64,000 nt of DNA from Klebsormidium nitens (GCA_000708835.1 DF237184.1:1-64000), one strand, 5' to 3'; shown: positions 49,801 through 63,102, counted from the first letter of the stretch. Translations and numbers: made by a program. Notes: generated by a model not told the origin, from the sequence alone.

Positions 49801-52800
49801 GCGAGAGGAAAGCGGTTGCGAAGGAAGGCTCGCTTCCACGGTTTGGCAACAATCTAGTGGGGCCGTCTGTAACTAGCTGTGGCTTGTCCTCTAAAACAAA
49901 GACCAGCGCTCTTTGCTCCGCTTGTCGCTGAAGTCCCACGGTAGCAAAGTCGCTCAGTTCCTTCCTCACGTCGCAATGACGTCCCTTTCCTTCCTGCTGA
50001 CGTCACCGTTTTCGCCTTTTCCGCAGCTGCTGCTGATGGAGAACGACATCAACACGCGGCCTTTCAGTCAGGCGGTTCTGAACTGCCTGCCCCCCCTCCC
50101 CTGGTCCGTCTCGGACGCTGACGTGGCCAAGCCCTGGCGCGCGGACTTGCGCAATCTGCGCGTCTGCAGCGTCGACCCCATCGGTGCGCCGCGCCTAGTT
50201 CTTGCGCTGTTGCTTCGATTTTCAAAGATTGACTCCAAAAACTGGGCTTTGAAGTTGGAAACTGGACTTTGAAGTTGGAAACTGAAGTCTTTCATTGTGA
50301 AGCTTCTCCCTTCTTCTTATTTGTGATTGGAAGCTGGAAAAGATCGGCCCAGTTTGTGACCGTTCACAGAGGAGGTTCAGAAGTGCGGGGTGAGACTCTG
50401 AGATCTTTTGGGCTGTGATACTTCAGTAAAACGCGTTTGACAGCTTACTGGGCGCTTTGAAGATCATTACAGTCTCCTCTTTCTCTTACGTTATTCGACA
50501 CCTAGGCGACTGTGTAACCTCAGCAGTCGCTCCGACGTTTCTCTGCAAGCTGACGTCATCACGGCCTTCTCTGCAGGCTGCCGCGACATCGACGACGCCC
50601 TGCATTGCACCGCCCTCCCCAACGGCAACTTCGAGATTGGAGTCCGTATCCTTGCCTTGCACTGGGCCGTGTATGTTTTCGTACCCTTTTCTGCTGCTCT
50701 GCTTCAAAATCCGGATGATCCCTGTCTGTGCCACACACCCACTGGAGATCAAGCGGGTTGATTGAACTCAATGCACTTGCCTGCTGAAGAGGAGCATACG
50801 ATGTAGAACGGTGAGCAGCTTCTTGCATCTGAGATGAGAACGAGTGACGTCAAGCACAAGTGACGTCAAGAACGAATGACGTCAGAATCGACGTCATGGA
50901 CTTTTATCTGTACCCCTCCCCAACGCCGCCGAAGATGCCGAGAAAAAATGAAACAAGCTCTGCGTGTCTGCCCTTGACTCTCGCCCCCCGCCAGACATCG
51001 CTGACGTCACCAACTTCGTGCACCCCGAGACCCCGCTGGACCTGGAGGCAGCGGACCGCGGCACGTCGGTCTACCTCGTGGAGCGGCGGATCGATATGCT
51101 GCCCAAGCCGCTCACCGAAGGTGCGCCGTCGCTCGAGTTCTTGCTTCTGTTTTACATTTCTGTTATTAAAACTTCCGCCTTTGCTATGTTGCATTCATCA
51201 CTTTCAGATAGGTACATGATAAAGTTACAAAGAGAAAGTCGTGAAGCGGCAGATGGACATACTGCCCAAGCCGCTCGCGGATGGTCCGCCCCCGCTCTAG
51301 TTCTTGGCTTTGTCCCTCTTCGTTCCAACAAAGTTCCGCCTTTCCCAAGTTGCTCCTCGATGCGGCGGACTCGACATGTTGCCTCAGCCGCTCGTCTGAG
51401 GTCCGCCGCGCGCTAGTCCAACTCGGTATTTCCAGCTCCGTCGTCCCGATTCTTGAAACTCACAGATGATCTCTTCCGCAGACATTTGTTCGTTGCGAGC
51501 CGACGTCGACCGACTTGCCTTCTCCGTCATTTGGGTAAGGCCACGCTGCTACCGATTTTTGCAATCTGACCCTTTCTTTCCTACTTGAATGCCCATTCTT
51601 CCCTCATATGCTTTTTTGTGTTATACAACAAGGTATCTGCTGTATTCAGACGCCTGCCGGAATTGCCCTTGACCTTATTCATGGTTTGTAAAGCTGCAAC
51701 GTAAGTTTCAATTCTGCGTTTCTCTCTCAGTAGTTCATTATAGAGCGTTTCTTAGTCATACCTATTTCAGCTCCTAAGGCGAAGTGTTTGAATTCTTTTG
51801 AAAGATCTGCAAAGTCTCTCTAGACAAAGCCTAGGTCCCAACTTCCTCTATCTCCAGCGGATGTACTTCCGAGCATAAGCTTGCAGAATCATCTCGTAAT
51901 GCTTACGAAATCCTCAGTCCCGCGTTCCCAATCCTAATGCAATGGTCCGCCACCAACGTCTTTTGCCGTCTCTTGTGCTTTCAGGAGATGACCCCCTCCG
52001 CTGACATCGTCAAGAGCCACTACACGAAAAGCATCATCCGCTCCTCTGCGGCGCTCTCGTATCCGGAAGCCCAGGCCAGGATGGATGACCCGTGAGCGCA
52101 ACCGTTTTCTCTGCTGTTCATTTTATCCGGGTTGAGACGAACGTGCAGGATTGCGTAGGAACGGCATCCCTGAGTTTTGACTTCGCCCGCGCATCCAAAA
52201 TCGTAATGCACGAGGTGGTGTTTGCATTAAGCCCGTTTAAAATTCAGTCGAAGCGTATGGGGTATTTGTCGTGTATGATGCAAGGCGGGGGCTCAAGTAA
52301 ACCAAGTCGGATGGGGCGATTGTAGATGGTTTGATTCTCCGGCCTTCCTCTTCGGGCCTCCAACCCAATGATTATCTTGGCATGCTTGCATGCCTTGCCT
52401 AACGGATGCTCGGCCTTGTTTCGGCAGGCACATGTCGGACCCCTTGACGGAGGACCTGAGGAACCTTAACCGCCTAGCCAAGGTGCGCTGCTTTCGATTT
52501 GTTACGCTAGCAACCTTCCTGATTCCAGAAGCTTCTCCAATGAAGCCGAGCGCCGATAAGGTGGCTGAGAATCTGTGTGGATGCCTCCAGGGCTGTTGTG
52601 ATGCTCCATGATGTCCCCAAGTTCCTGTGGCCGTTCCTTCCAACGGTGACAAACGGATCGTCATCTCGGTTGCAGCTTCTGTTGCTACCGGCTCTGATTC
52701 GACAAGCTAAGCGTTGATGCTGCTTCGGTCGAACAAAGGCAGCGAACTCTGAAAAACCTGTGCAGATCATGCGCCAACTCCTCCGCTGTTGTGGGGCATC

Positions 52801-55800
52801 AATGTCTCTTCAGAGTTTCTATCATTGTGCCTCCCGATTGACGATATCGGTCACCCGTCATGATGGTTTCGCTCCTTACTCTTATCTGACGATTTCGCGC
52901 ACTGAATTGTTCGCTTTGGTCGAACAGAGGCTTGAAAACTTGAGAGTCTCTGCAGATCATGCGCCAACGGCGGACGGAGCGTGGCGCGCTGACCCTGGCG
53001 TCCCCGGAAGTAAAGTTTGAGATCGACACGGAGACGCACAACCCGCTGGATGTCGGTGAGTCACCGTCCTCGGTCTTGGCAGCACAGTCGACAGCCTGGC
53101 TTGCAATTCCCTAACAAGAATCACTAGAGCCGTAGTAAAAGCGCGACCATGTCTCATTGTGTTGCACCGGGCCTGGTGACTGTTGCGCAATCAGTCTTAT
53201 GATCGCCAACGTTGTAGATCAGAACCGATACCGTGTTACTCGAGAAAAGAAGAAAGAACTGAAGATCATGAATGAATGAATGCAATTGGCACGGTCCCGA
53301 AATGATTATTTGTTGACAGTTGGCCAGGTGCATATCTAGGAAGCCAAGTGAGGCCACAAAGGGTGAGATCCGAAACATATAAAAGTGCTCTATCAGCTGA
53401 CCTTGGCTAGAGCAAGAAATTGACCAGGTTTGCGTCTTGACCCTAAAAACTCGCTTCCAATTTTCCCGGGTTTCTTCCAAGGGAAATTATAGGCCGGTAA
53501 AGAGGGAGGAGGTGGGGGGTTAGAAGTTTTAGCAGGGGCCTGACTTGTCTTTTTCGTCTGACTTTCCACCTCCAAACTGCGATCTCCAAGATACTTGACA
53601 TTTGCTGCTTTTAGACCAAGCTCGTGCTGAAGTCAGGTTGCTAAGCTAGCCGCAAAGCATCGACAACTCCCGAGGATTCTCAACCTTTGGTCTTTCTTTC
53701 AAGCCTTGTCTCGACAGATCCACCTTTTCTCCGCGCAGGAGGAACACTTGTCAAAGGTCGTAACAAACGATGTCTGTGACCTTTTACAGAGGTTGCTTAA
53801 GAAGTTTCTGAAAGACCGGAAACGAAAGTGGTCTGCTTCTTGGGCTGCAGGCATGTACCAGATCCGAGAAGCCAACCAGATGATTGAGGAGTACATGCTT
53901 CTCGCCAACGTGTCGGTTGCCGAGAAGATCCTCAAGCACTTCCCTAGCTGCTCGCTCCTAAGGTCAGTGCTTCTGATAAAGGTAGCCCAAGTTTAGTGAC
54001 AGCTTTTCTCTCCAAGTGTTGAGACATATTTGTTTTGTATACGGCTCTCGTAGGGTTAAGAACAAGCCAAACGGCAATATGTCATGACAGGGAAGCTTTG
54101 CTAGCGTTCTGGTCTCGGACATTTGGCAGGTGAGTGGGAAAGCTACGGCATAGCGTCTTTCACGTTATCAGCACGTTTTTGGCTTTCCCTTAGCATGTGC
54201 TGTTCAATCGTGCTCTTATCTTGAATTTTGGAGCCACAAGTCACCTTCTTACCGTCGCCCAGACATAGCTGAGTTCCCCTGGTGCGTTGATTATCGCCAC
54301 GTATTCTTGGTCGTGATCAACGGTCTCAGTCCGCGTAAAGGAACGACTGCTTCTCCTCTCAATGGCACCTGCTCCTTCAAAAGCATGCCTACTTCTTCAA
54401 GTTCCGCCCTTTTAAGACCCAAAGCGTTGGTTTTCCTGCTGGATGGGAATGCGAATCGCACAACTGCATCGACATTTCCGCAGGCGTCACCCTGTGCCGA
54501 CGCCCCAGATGTTTGAGCCGCTTCTCCGCACCGCCGCCGCTGTGGGGATTGAGCTCGACGTCGGGAGCTCCAAGGCGCTGGCGGATTCCTTGGACAGGGC
54601 GCAGGTGCGCTTTCGGTCAAAGCTGGTATTCTCTCCGGCAAGATCCACTAGAAAATGTTTCAGATTGATCGTGTATCATTATCTTTTTCGATCTGAGTCG
54701 ACTGCGCTGTAGTTTTTGATTCTGGAGAAAGGCAATTTTGATGAGGGTGGCATAGGACAAGTTTGAGACGAAAAGACTGTTTGTTGAGCGCATCAATGCG
54801 ATGCCAAATAGCCAATAGCAGAGAGTTGAACAGATTTTTGAGCATGTCTTGTGCAGGGCTCCGACCCGTACTTCAACAAGCTCATCCGCATCCTGGCCAC
54901 CCGCTGCATGACCCAGGTGAACATGCGTCATGCTTACTCACTAACTAAGAAACTATCTAATTGATTGACAATCTAACTAACTAACCAAGTGGCTAAACAA
55001 ATAATAGATGAACCAACTCTCTGACTGACTGAATAACATGCTTTTTTGGGGTTGCTGCTTAGTGAAATGTTGCTCGTGTGAGAAACCTGCACCCACCTTT
55101 CTGACCGGTGCCAAAGCAAGCTGACCTGCTGTCTGATTACAATCTTGCCATAGAAGTTTCGAATTCTCTCCAATCGTGCGGTTCGCCGGAAGGCCCCTTC
55201 AAAAGAGTCCGATCTGAGACCCGCTTTCAGTGGGGCCACGCGTTTTCTCAATTCACAGCTCTTGCCAAGAGCGTTTAGCAATTCGTTGAAACCTGTCCTT
55301 GGCATCAGTAGTACAGTCTTGACTTGCTCGGACAAAAAGACGCCGGTCGAAAATTGGGCGGTCAGAAGAACAAGCAGGATGAATGCGAATACTGATGTGA
55401 TACTCGTGCGCGGTTCCAGGCGGTTTACTTCTGCAGCGGCGAACTCTCGCCGCCCGAGTACCACCACTACGGCCTGGCCTCCCCTCTCTATACGCACTTT
55501 ACGTCGCCCATCCGAAGATATGCTGGTGAGCACGGCACCATCCATGTGAAATGGTTACAGCTGTTGTACGATAGATTCTGTTTGCCCTGGTTTCCGCCGT
55601 CTTTGGCAGTGCAACGAAAAGCGCTTCATCGGGGATTCTCCCGTTGCGTCCGGAGATCAAAGGTGAAAAGGATCGTAAGAACGGGCCGCTCTCCTGCCCA
55701 GTTGGGGGTGTTAGCGCAGCCCGTGTACAAGGCTTTGGAGTCGCTCGGCGGCGGTTTGGTGTGCCTTAGACATTCTCTTAGAATCCTTGTCCCGCGAGTT

Positions 55801-57807
55801 CTCGGGCAGCCAGCACTTCCAGCTACGGGCAGCGCCGGTGATCAAAAACGGCTCGTCTGACCACCACTTCCTTGACGCGCCTCTTGATTGTACCACAAGG
55901 CACTTTCGTCTCTTCATTCCCAATTTTGTCCTGGGTCAAATCTTTTCGGACTTCCGCATGGATTGCTTCGTTCGTCTCCGCCTTTCATCGCCCCGGAGCG
56001 CGACAATGATCTCTCTCGCGCCCTTCTCGTCAACTTCTCGACAACACCGTATACCACGTAGAAGTAGTAGAAGTAGAAGCTGCTTTGAAGGGGTCCCGGA
56101 TCGAGAAAGAAAGTCCCGAATGCCAAAGGAGCTTGAGCAAAGAGGGCCCTTCGTCAAAACGCCTTTGACCGACTCGTTGTGTTTGCCCACCGTAGATGTT
56201 GTCGTCCACCGGCTGCTTGCGGCCGCGCTGAATTTGACGCCCCTGCCGGAACGGACGCGGGACAAGAAGTCCATGCACGACCTGTCCGACGGTGAGCGCA
56301 CGCGCATCTCCGCTCGGCTTACGGATGAGACCCGTCTTCTAAATCATTCAAGCTACCTAAAATACTTGGCAAGATTGATTGTCAAAAGTTAGATGGTTTG
56401 GTCTCCGAAGCTGTGACACTCAAGAGCTTTCCTTCGGGGTATTGACCGTCTCCCAGCATTGCAGGCCAGAGCGTTTTGTAACACTGGTCATAAACCCTCA
56501 GGCCGCATGCCTGGGGAGAACATTTCTGGTGAAGAAAACGACCAATCTGCGTCTGCAGTGTGCTCTCTCCATTACCAGCGTCAAACAGTATCCAAGCTTT
56601 TGATCGGGAAGGACTGGCTTCCGGTCATCGAAGGGGTTGGCCTTGAGCGAGAGGCAGACCAGGGTGCGCCGACGTCGTGCTGACGGAAATTGCATCGATC
56701 CAAAGGAAGGGAGCGGACAAAGTCGCGCTGACGTCATGCTGACGCATTTCTGTGTGTTCCGCTTGCGCGCAGGCCTCAACTACCGGCATCGGAACGCGCA
56801 GATGGCGGGCCGCGCCTCGGTGGAGCTGCACACGCTTATCTTCTTCAAGGACAGGTGCGGACAGCTTTGGACAACTTATGGATATTCCGGATATTTCAAA
56901 CTGGTCCTTTCTCTACCAAGTTTCGTTCTCTGGGCTGCTGAACATGTCATTAGTGGAAGCCCGATGTCACACGCCCGTTGCGAGAGGCGTAAACCACGTC
57001 TCCGACTTAAAGATTGGATTTCAAACGGTTGCGAGCTTGGACATAGGGCTTCTGCCGGGCCGGAACCCGCTCACTTAACCAGGTGGCACTCTCGTCTGTT
57101 TCTGCTCAAGCTTGATACCATGTGTTCGAGAGGTGCTGACTATCGCCTGCACTGATGAGTCCCCGTATATTGCTGCCACGTGCAGGGCCGTAGATGCTGA
57201 GGCGAGGATCGTCAAGGTCCGCTCGAACGGCTTCATCGTCTTTGTTCCCAAGTGAGTCACTCCACTCGTCAAGAGTCGAGAGCGAGCCCTGTTATTGAAG
57301 CACAAGCACAGCCCGGTTTAGTCGTTCGCCACACTGCTGTTCCACTGGTCGGCAAACCCCAACCCAGCAAATCTGGAAGAACCCGCAATCCTGAGCAGCA
57401 GTTTGCAATCCATCTTTGTGGTCGCTTTCCGAGAAGAAAGCCTTTTTGATCACTTGAACCGTCACGCAGATTGCGACAGAGGAAGGTAGAGTTCACCGGA
57501 CTACCCAAATGCTGTGTTGAGCATTAATCAAACGCCGAACCGATCTCTTGTGTTTGCTTGCAGGTATGGCATAGAAGGCCCCGTCTATCTGACCAAGAAG
57601 CCGGACAAGGGCGCCGGTCCCGACCCGAACGACGACTTCGTCGTGGATGAGGAGCATCAAACGATCACTTCGAAAGACAAACGGCAAACGTACAAGGTGC
57701 TCGATACCGTGACGGTCCACATAGAGGTGCAAGAGCCGCAGCCACACCGGCCCAAGCTCATTCTGACGCTGGCGTCCGATTCCAAAGAACAAGACGGGTT
57801 TGCTTAG
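43900..57807 (+). CDS. DIS3: Exosome catalytic subunit DIS3/RRP44 (PIN, cold-shock, RNB and S1 domains; 23 exons)
   Basis: Exons 43900-43953, 44584-44724, 45297-45454, 46396-46451, 46944-47215, 47610-47744, 48482-48756, 49416-49656, 50027-50183, 50577-50645, 50995-51120, 51482-51534, 51985-52091, 52428-52482, 52956-53055, 53851-53962, 54484-54604, 54857-54916, 55420-55525, 56196-56291, 56773-56854, 57186-57251, 57564-57807. Motifs: [49 protein letters not shown] and [14 protein letters not shown]. The catalytic Asp residues are intact. Confidence 0.96.
45609..46064. mobile_element. PIF/Harbinger (Tourist-like) MITE, 456 bp, in DIS3 intron 3
   Basis: Perfect 32-bp terminal inverted repeats (GGGGGTTCTTCCACCTAGCGGTCGGTCTTCGT at 45609-45640, reverse complement at 46033-46064) and a TTA target-site duplication (45606-45608, 46065-46067). 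No credible ORF; internal GGTCTT/GAAGACC motifs recur. Confidence 0.9.
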
Positions 57808-59919
57808 ACTTTCTTGAGATGGTCAGGAAGCTTGGTGCTTGGGCAGTCGGGAAATGTGACTCATGTAATCATGATATGCATGCGGTCAGGTCCTTACATC
57901 GCACGCTTTTCTTAATCCCTCAGTTACGTTATCAAGGGAGAGATTCCGATGTTCTGTTGGGGCTCCAGTACATTACAAATATCGGGGTAAGCTACATATG
58001 CTGGGACGTTTCCTCGATCTCGACAAAAGCTCGAAGCACGTGTCGATCATCATGTCCGTGTTTGCTTGCACACAATGAATGACGCACCGTGTGCAAGGCT
58101 TGGATTGTCTCTAGGTACATTGTTATATATTTGGCAATGATTCAAGAATATATACTAGCCATTGCAATTACCTTGTGCGCGTTGGGTGACTCTCCCGGCA
58201 AAAGCAGTGGAGATTGAAACTACCAACACCACATATCTTTTGGATCCCATAATGCGCCGTTAAAATATCCGGATATCTGCATAAAGCTACGACGGTGCAT
58301 ACAATCATGCATGCGTTTCAGATTGACATGCATGCTCGACTAGCTAGCCTGCGGGCCCGTGCGTGCATGGCCGCCCGATCCGATCGAAATACACATAATG
58401 TGTGACATCTGGCATCACGCATGATCTGCTATAGTATACATCTTGTCATACTGAGCAACTTTGACGGATTGGCAATTACCAACTCGTTGCCTTATCCCCG
58501 CTCATAACGTCAACGGCACACTCAAAGTACATGTCGCTTGACCGCGCGTGTTACACCTACATATTAGCTCCTTCCGAGCAACTTGCTACTAGGTAGATTT
58601 CAGTGTTTCTTCATCAAAGAAGCTTCTCTATCCTCTATTACCCGAAGTAGCCTGCCGCTAGACCTCGATCGCCCCGTTTTTCACCCTCATTTTAAGTCTG
58701 TTCCAGATCATCTACACGAAGCAGCAGCAATAGAAAGCAATCAGCAGGGAACGACTTGATGCAAGTCACGCTCAACGTTGTACGTGCTTAAATACTCCTC
58801 TATCATCTGGACTTGTACCTAATTACCAATACATGCCACACGTACCCCTCAAGCCTAGTGCTTAACTTCGAGAAGCACATAAAAGAAAACTTATGTTGCT
58901 GTGCACCTAGTTTTCCTACTAGAATATACATCCATCAAAAATATTACTCTTGAGGGGAAGGCCAAAAGTTGGCGTTCGTCAAAAGGATGCCTGACTGACA
59001 AGTGAGTAGTGCCGCGCTCCTTTAAAAGGTTAATTTGGCAGCACCCGCCTCCTTCATCTTTCGCAAATACACAATCGTTCTGACGTCTCGGATCCAAAGA
59101 CCCAGTACGTGCCTGCAAATCAAAAGGCCGGCAATATTTCAGATTGGGGTCATCTTGACAGTAACGCTTGATCATCACGATTTGCAAGCGTTTCGGTGCA
59201 GATTACTACCCTCAAATTTTTGAAGAGTAGCCATTCCGGCCATGGCTCTTGACGTTCTTGTTCGGCCACGCTTGGGTATAGCAGAAGAATTCGCAACCTC
59301 ATCCGTTCAGCTATTCAAAACCGAGAAAAAGACCCGATTTTTTAGACGCGTCTTGCAAGTCACACGGATTGTTCAAAGTCCTTGACGTTTTGTCGACGAG
59401 GTATACCAGGCCCTTTGATAAGCCCTCAAATGACCAGGTGCGCTTCGCTCTCAGATAAGCTTTGGAAGCCCGCACTTTAAGCAAAGTGTACCGAAGAAGA
59501 CGGAGGAACGACGGCGGCACGCTATATGGATCCACCACATCGCCGTCGGAACTCTCAGATTCGCCCAAATCCTCGAGCTTCATCGCCCTTCATTTTGCTG
59601 AATTGAAAGCGGCTGACAAAGCGTCGAACTGGCAAACAGCTGTCCTTGGAACCTGACAGCAAGAGCTACCTGTTTCCTCACAACTTGAAAAGAGCACAAT
59701 CGGGTGCCTCAGCCTTTGATTCGGTGGCCCGCACTGGGCCTCCAGCTTACCCTTCCGCTGGGACCGCCCAGCACTGCACCCAGCTTCGCTCACTCCTAAC
59801 CAAGGGAGGACCACAAAAAGGCCCTTCTCTGGCGAGAAGAAGCGATGTTTGAAGACTGCGGCACTGCAACTCGACGAACGGAGCAGACGAACTGCAAGGC
59901 TTACCACGGTGAGCGCCGC

Positions 59920-62900
59920 TTAAACCGGAGGAGGTCCACTCCGGTACATCTCCTTGAGCGAATCCAGGCCCTGATAGCGGTACGCAGCTGCTCTAAGGGA
60001 CAGCAACTCTTCGGAACCCCGGTCGATCGATCCGCCCGTATCAGAACCCCCGCTCTCGAGCTGCTTGCGTGCCACGGCGCGGCGCTTGAGCTCTAATTCG
60101 GCGGCCCATCCCGCTTCCTCGACCGCAGTCGGATGGAGCATATTGATCAAATTGCCGTCGGTTCCGCGCCACTCAACGAGGAGGTCTTCGTTGGCAATCA
60201 GTGCCTCATGGCCGAGGTAGCGGGCGGCCTCGTTCTTGCGGCTGATAATCTTGGAGAACTCCTCCCAGGTAACGTACAGCGAGAATACAAGAGTGAGCGC
60301 GTAGAGGAGGAGCCCAATGATTGCGGTGGCGGCGGAGCCACGGACGGCCACGAAGGCGTGCGTCTCCGCGAGCAGAGTGCCAGAGTAGTTGCCGGCCTGG
60401 TATTGACGCGTGCTTACAGTCGTGAACATGCGCTCTGCGTTGTGGTTAACGAGCGACTTGTAGACGAGCCCAAAGTTGGGGACGTTGAAAGTGGTGACCG
60501 CAAGAGCTGTGATGGTGCACGCAGCCACGCGCGCAAAACCGCTTGAGACGCGCTGCCGGCGATAGAAACTAGAGCGGGCGATAAAGTGCGAGACGACGAT
60601 GCCAGAAGACGCGAGCGCGATCTCGAGCGCGACAACGGAAGCCGCACTGGCGGCAACTGCATCTAGATGGATCTTCACGTCCGTAGAGGATACGAGGAAG
60701 AGGCGGTCAGCATCGAAGTCGAAGGGGATCTGTAAAAGAGAGCAGGCAGGTTAGCAACAATACGTATTCAGAAGTGGAGCACAGCCGTCGAAACGAAAGG
60801 GCAAGCGAAAGACTCTTTGGACCATCTGCGCACTTGCTGCATGAGGTCACAGCCAGACAGACGCTGCATTGTTTTCAACATCTGAAGCCTAGATTTGAAT
60901 CAGAGTAAGGATGCAGAAATGAAGGTCTGACATGAGTATGACAGATTTTGTTCAAGCCAATGGGGACGCCTCTAGCCAGGGCACCCCTTCTCAGATCAAC
61001 CTGGCTGTCCTGCTCTCTTGACTGCACGGTGGAAGCTCACTCTTGCAATGCAATTGGTTTTCTCAGAAGGGCGCATGACAAAGACAGGATAGTATCTAAA
61101 CCACTTCTACTTGACAGCACTAAGGAGAGATCTTGGCATGGCTGGCGAGGCCGTCTCCAAGTCTGATAGAGTACCTTTCCAGCTTTACAGTGTACTTCAA
61201 AATGCAGAAATCTGTTGTATCATGAATTATGATGCCTCTACATTTCCTGGTCAAAGTGGCGGTCTAACTTGGCCCAAGACCAGCTCACCTGCTGTAAGAT
61301 GGTTTCAACATCAAGGTGGTAATCTCTATAGCAGATACTGGATAGCTTGGTCAAGTTTGCCTCGGTGACCAACTCTGTTGGGTCAAGCCATAACGCCGTA
61401 ACCGCCGCCTCGTTCCGTTGAGACGCATCACCAAAGTACAGCTGCGAGCAGGCGTCCTCTCCAAGATCTCGTTTAGTGACGGTAAAACTCGAGATTGTTG
61501 CCAAGCACGCCGCCGACGAATTAAAAACCAGCAGCTGGTCAAGAAGAGTCGTGTGGGCTTTGCTGGCATCCTTGATGTCATTCGTCTGCCCAGAGGCAAA
61601 TGACCCATACTCGGCAAATGCGTTCGGGAGACACCTAGTATTATTTGATTGAGTCAGGTTGACGATAGTCTTGGGAATGATTGGCTCAGAGAAGGATAAG
61701 ACTGGAGATGTTGCGATGGCTGCTCCCCAATATGCCGCTGCTGTGAGCGCCTCCTCGAATGATAGAAACGGGCACTCCACACCAGTAGGAAAAGACAACC
61801 GCAGGGTGAAGGGAACTGTACCCGGTCACCCGGGTCGTCTGACAAGCACCAGAATATGTGGTCCAGAAAATACAGGATCAATTGTGTAAAACAATGCAAT
61901 TGATCCATCGCACATACTGTGGTGAACACTGTAGCGGGCCATCCCCACAAATCCTGATTGGAAGCTTGTTGCCACTAGTACAAAAGCACCAGCATACTGG
62001 ACGCAGGCAAACTGAGGTATGCCCTCAAACTCTCCGATAGACCCCACAACGGTTTGCGGGTGGGCTGAGCTGCAAGGCCTGGGCGCCATGATAACCTTGT
62101 AAAACAACTCAGATCCATATGTTTTGCTTGCATACCGACGCTCAACAACGTCCGCTTGATCAAGTTCAAAAGTGCGTTGGCAGCCGACTGGTTTGCATTG
62201 ATGAGCCAACCCGTGTTGCCAATCCCCTCCTTTGCCGTAACCAGCACTCCCCTAGGCTCCGAGTCCCGGACTCGCGAGTTGCCAATCATTACCCGCTCCA
62301 AGCTCACACAGTTCGACTCGTCCGACACGCAACGCAACAGCTTGTAATAGACATCCACGGCCACTCTGCCTCCCAGGCCGTTGCTGACATAGGCACCCCT
62401 TATGGGTGATGTCAGCGCAGCGGCGGCAATAGGACTGATGTCATCGGGCAGCCCATTGACGAGGTTGTACGCATTTGTGTCAAACACGTTGCGTCCTGTC
62501 AGCAAGGAGTAGTACTTGATGTCCCTTCCCAGGCGGCTGAGATAATAAGTGTTAAAGTCGTGGGTCATAGTTGGAGGGGCGGATACAAGTTGCTGGCTCA
62601 ACACTCCCCCTGCTGTCCAAAAACAGACAAGGAACAGGAGCTGCGGCGTGCGCCCGAAGGACGTGCTAGGGACCCCCATGGTGCGCCTCGTGGATGACAA
62701 ACTGGCCGCAGCGCCTAAGATTCGTCGAACTGGAAGTTGAAGGAAGAGAAAAGGCCTTCAGAAAGCTGCTACTAATGCAACTTTGAAGGGTTGTCAAACT
62801 GATACCTAGTCCTTGGCAGCGGCTTGATGTTAGGCCTTATCATAAGCGGAAAACATTGGCAAGAAGAGAAAAGCGGCGAGAGCAGCTGTGCCCACTGCCA

Positions 62901-63102
62901 ACTGCGGCATAGATATACGGTACACCGTCCAGTCTGGTGTCGGTGACTGTTAAATGCTCTTCGTCATATATGTGCACATAGTTGTCCAGCGCTAGCCGTA
63001 AGTTGTCGACACCGGAGGGAGTGCTCTGCATGATTGGCTGCCAGTTCGTACCACGTGGATGGAGAAAGGTTGTTGTACACCGTACGGTATTGCCAACTCC
63101 CA
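59920..63102 (-). pseudogene. Large unknown membrane-protein gene, 5' part outside the window, with apparent disabling lesions
   Basis: Exons: at least 63102-62896, 62729-61289 and 60729-59920. The middle exon reads as one protein only with a frame change near 62135 and passage through a TGA at 61826-61828. The last exon is an intact 269-aa ORF with about 3 TM segments. The first visible exon is split by an insertion. Confidence 0.55.

Noticed and set aside
54936-55035. Run of CTAAC/CTGAC branch-point-like words in DIS3 intron 18
   Set aside because: Explained by simple (CTAA)n and (CTGA)n microsatellites, and far from the acceptor.
57830-58890. CATGCA- and GATC-rich intergenic region considered as a Helitron or other transposon
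   Set aside because: No terminal repeats, TSD or convincing hairpin-CTRR end could be identified by eye.
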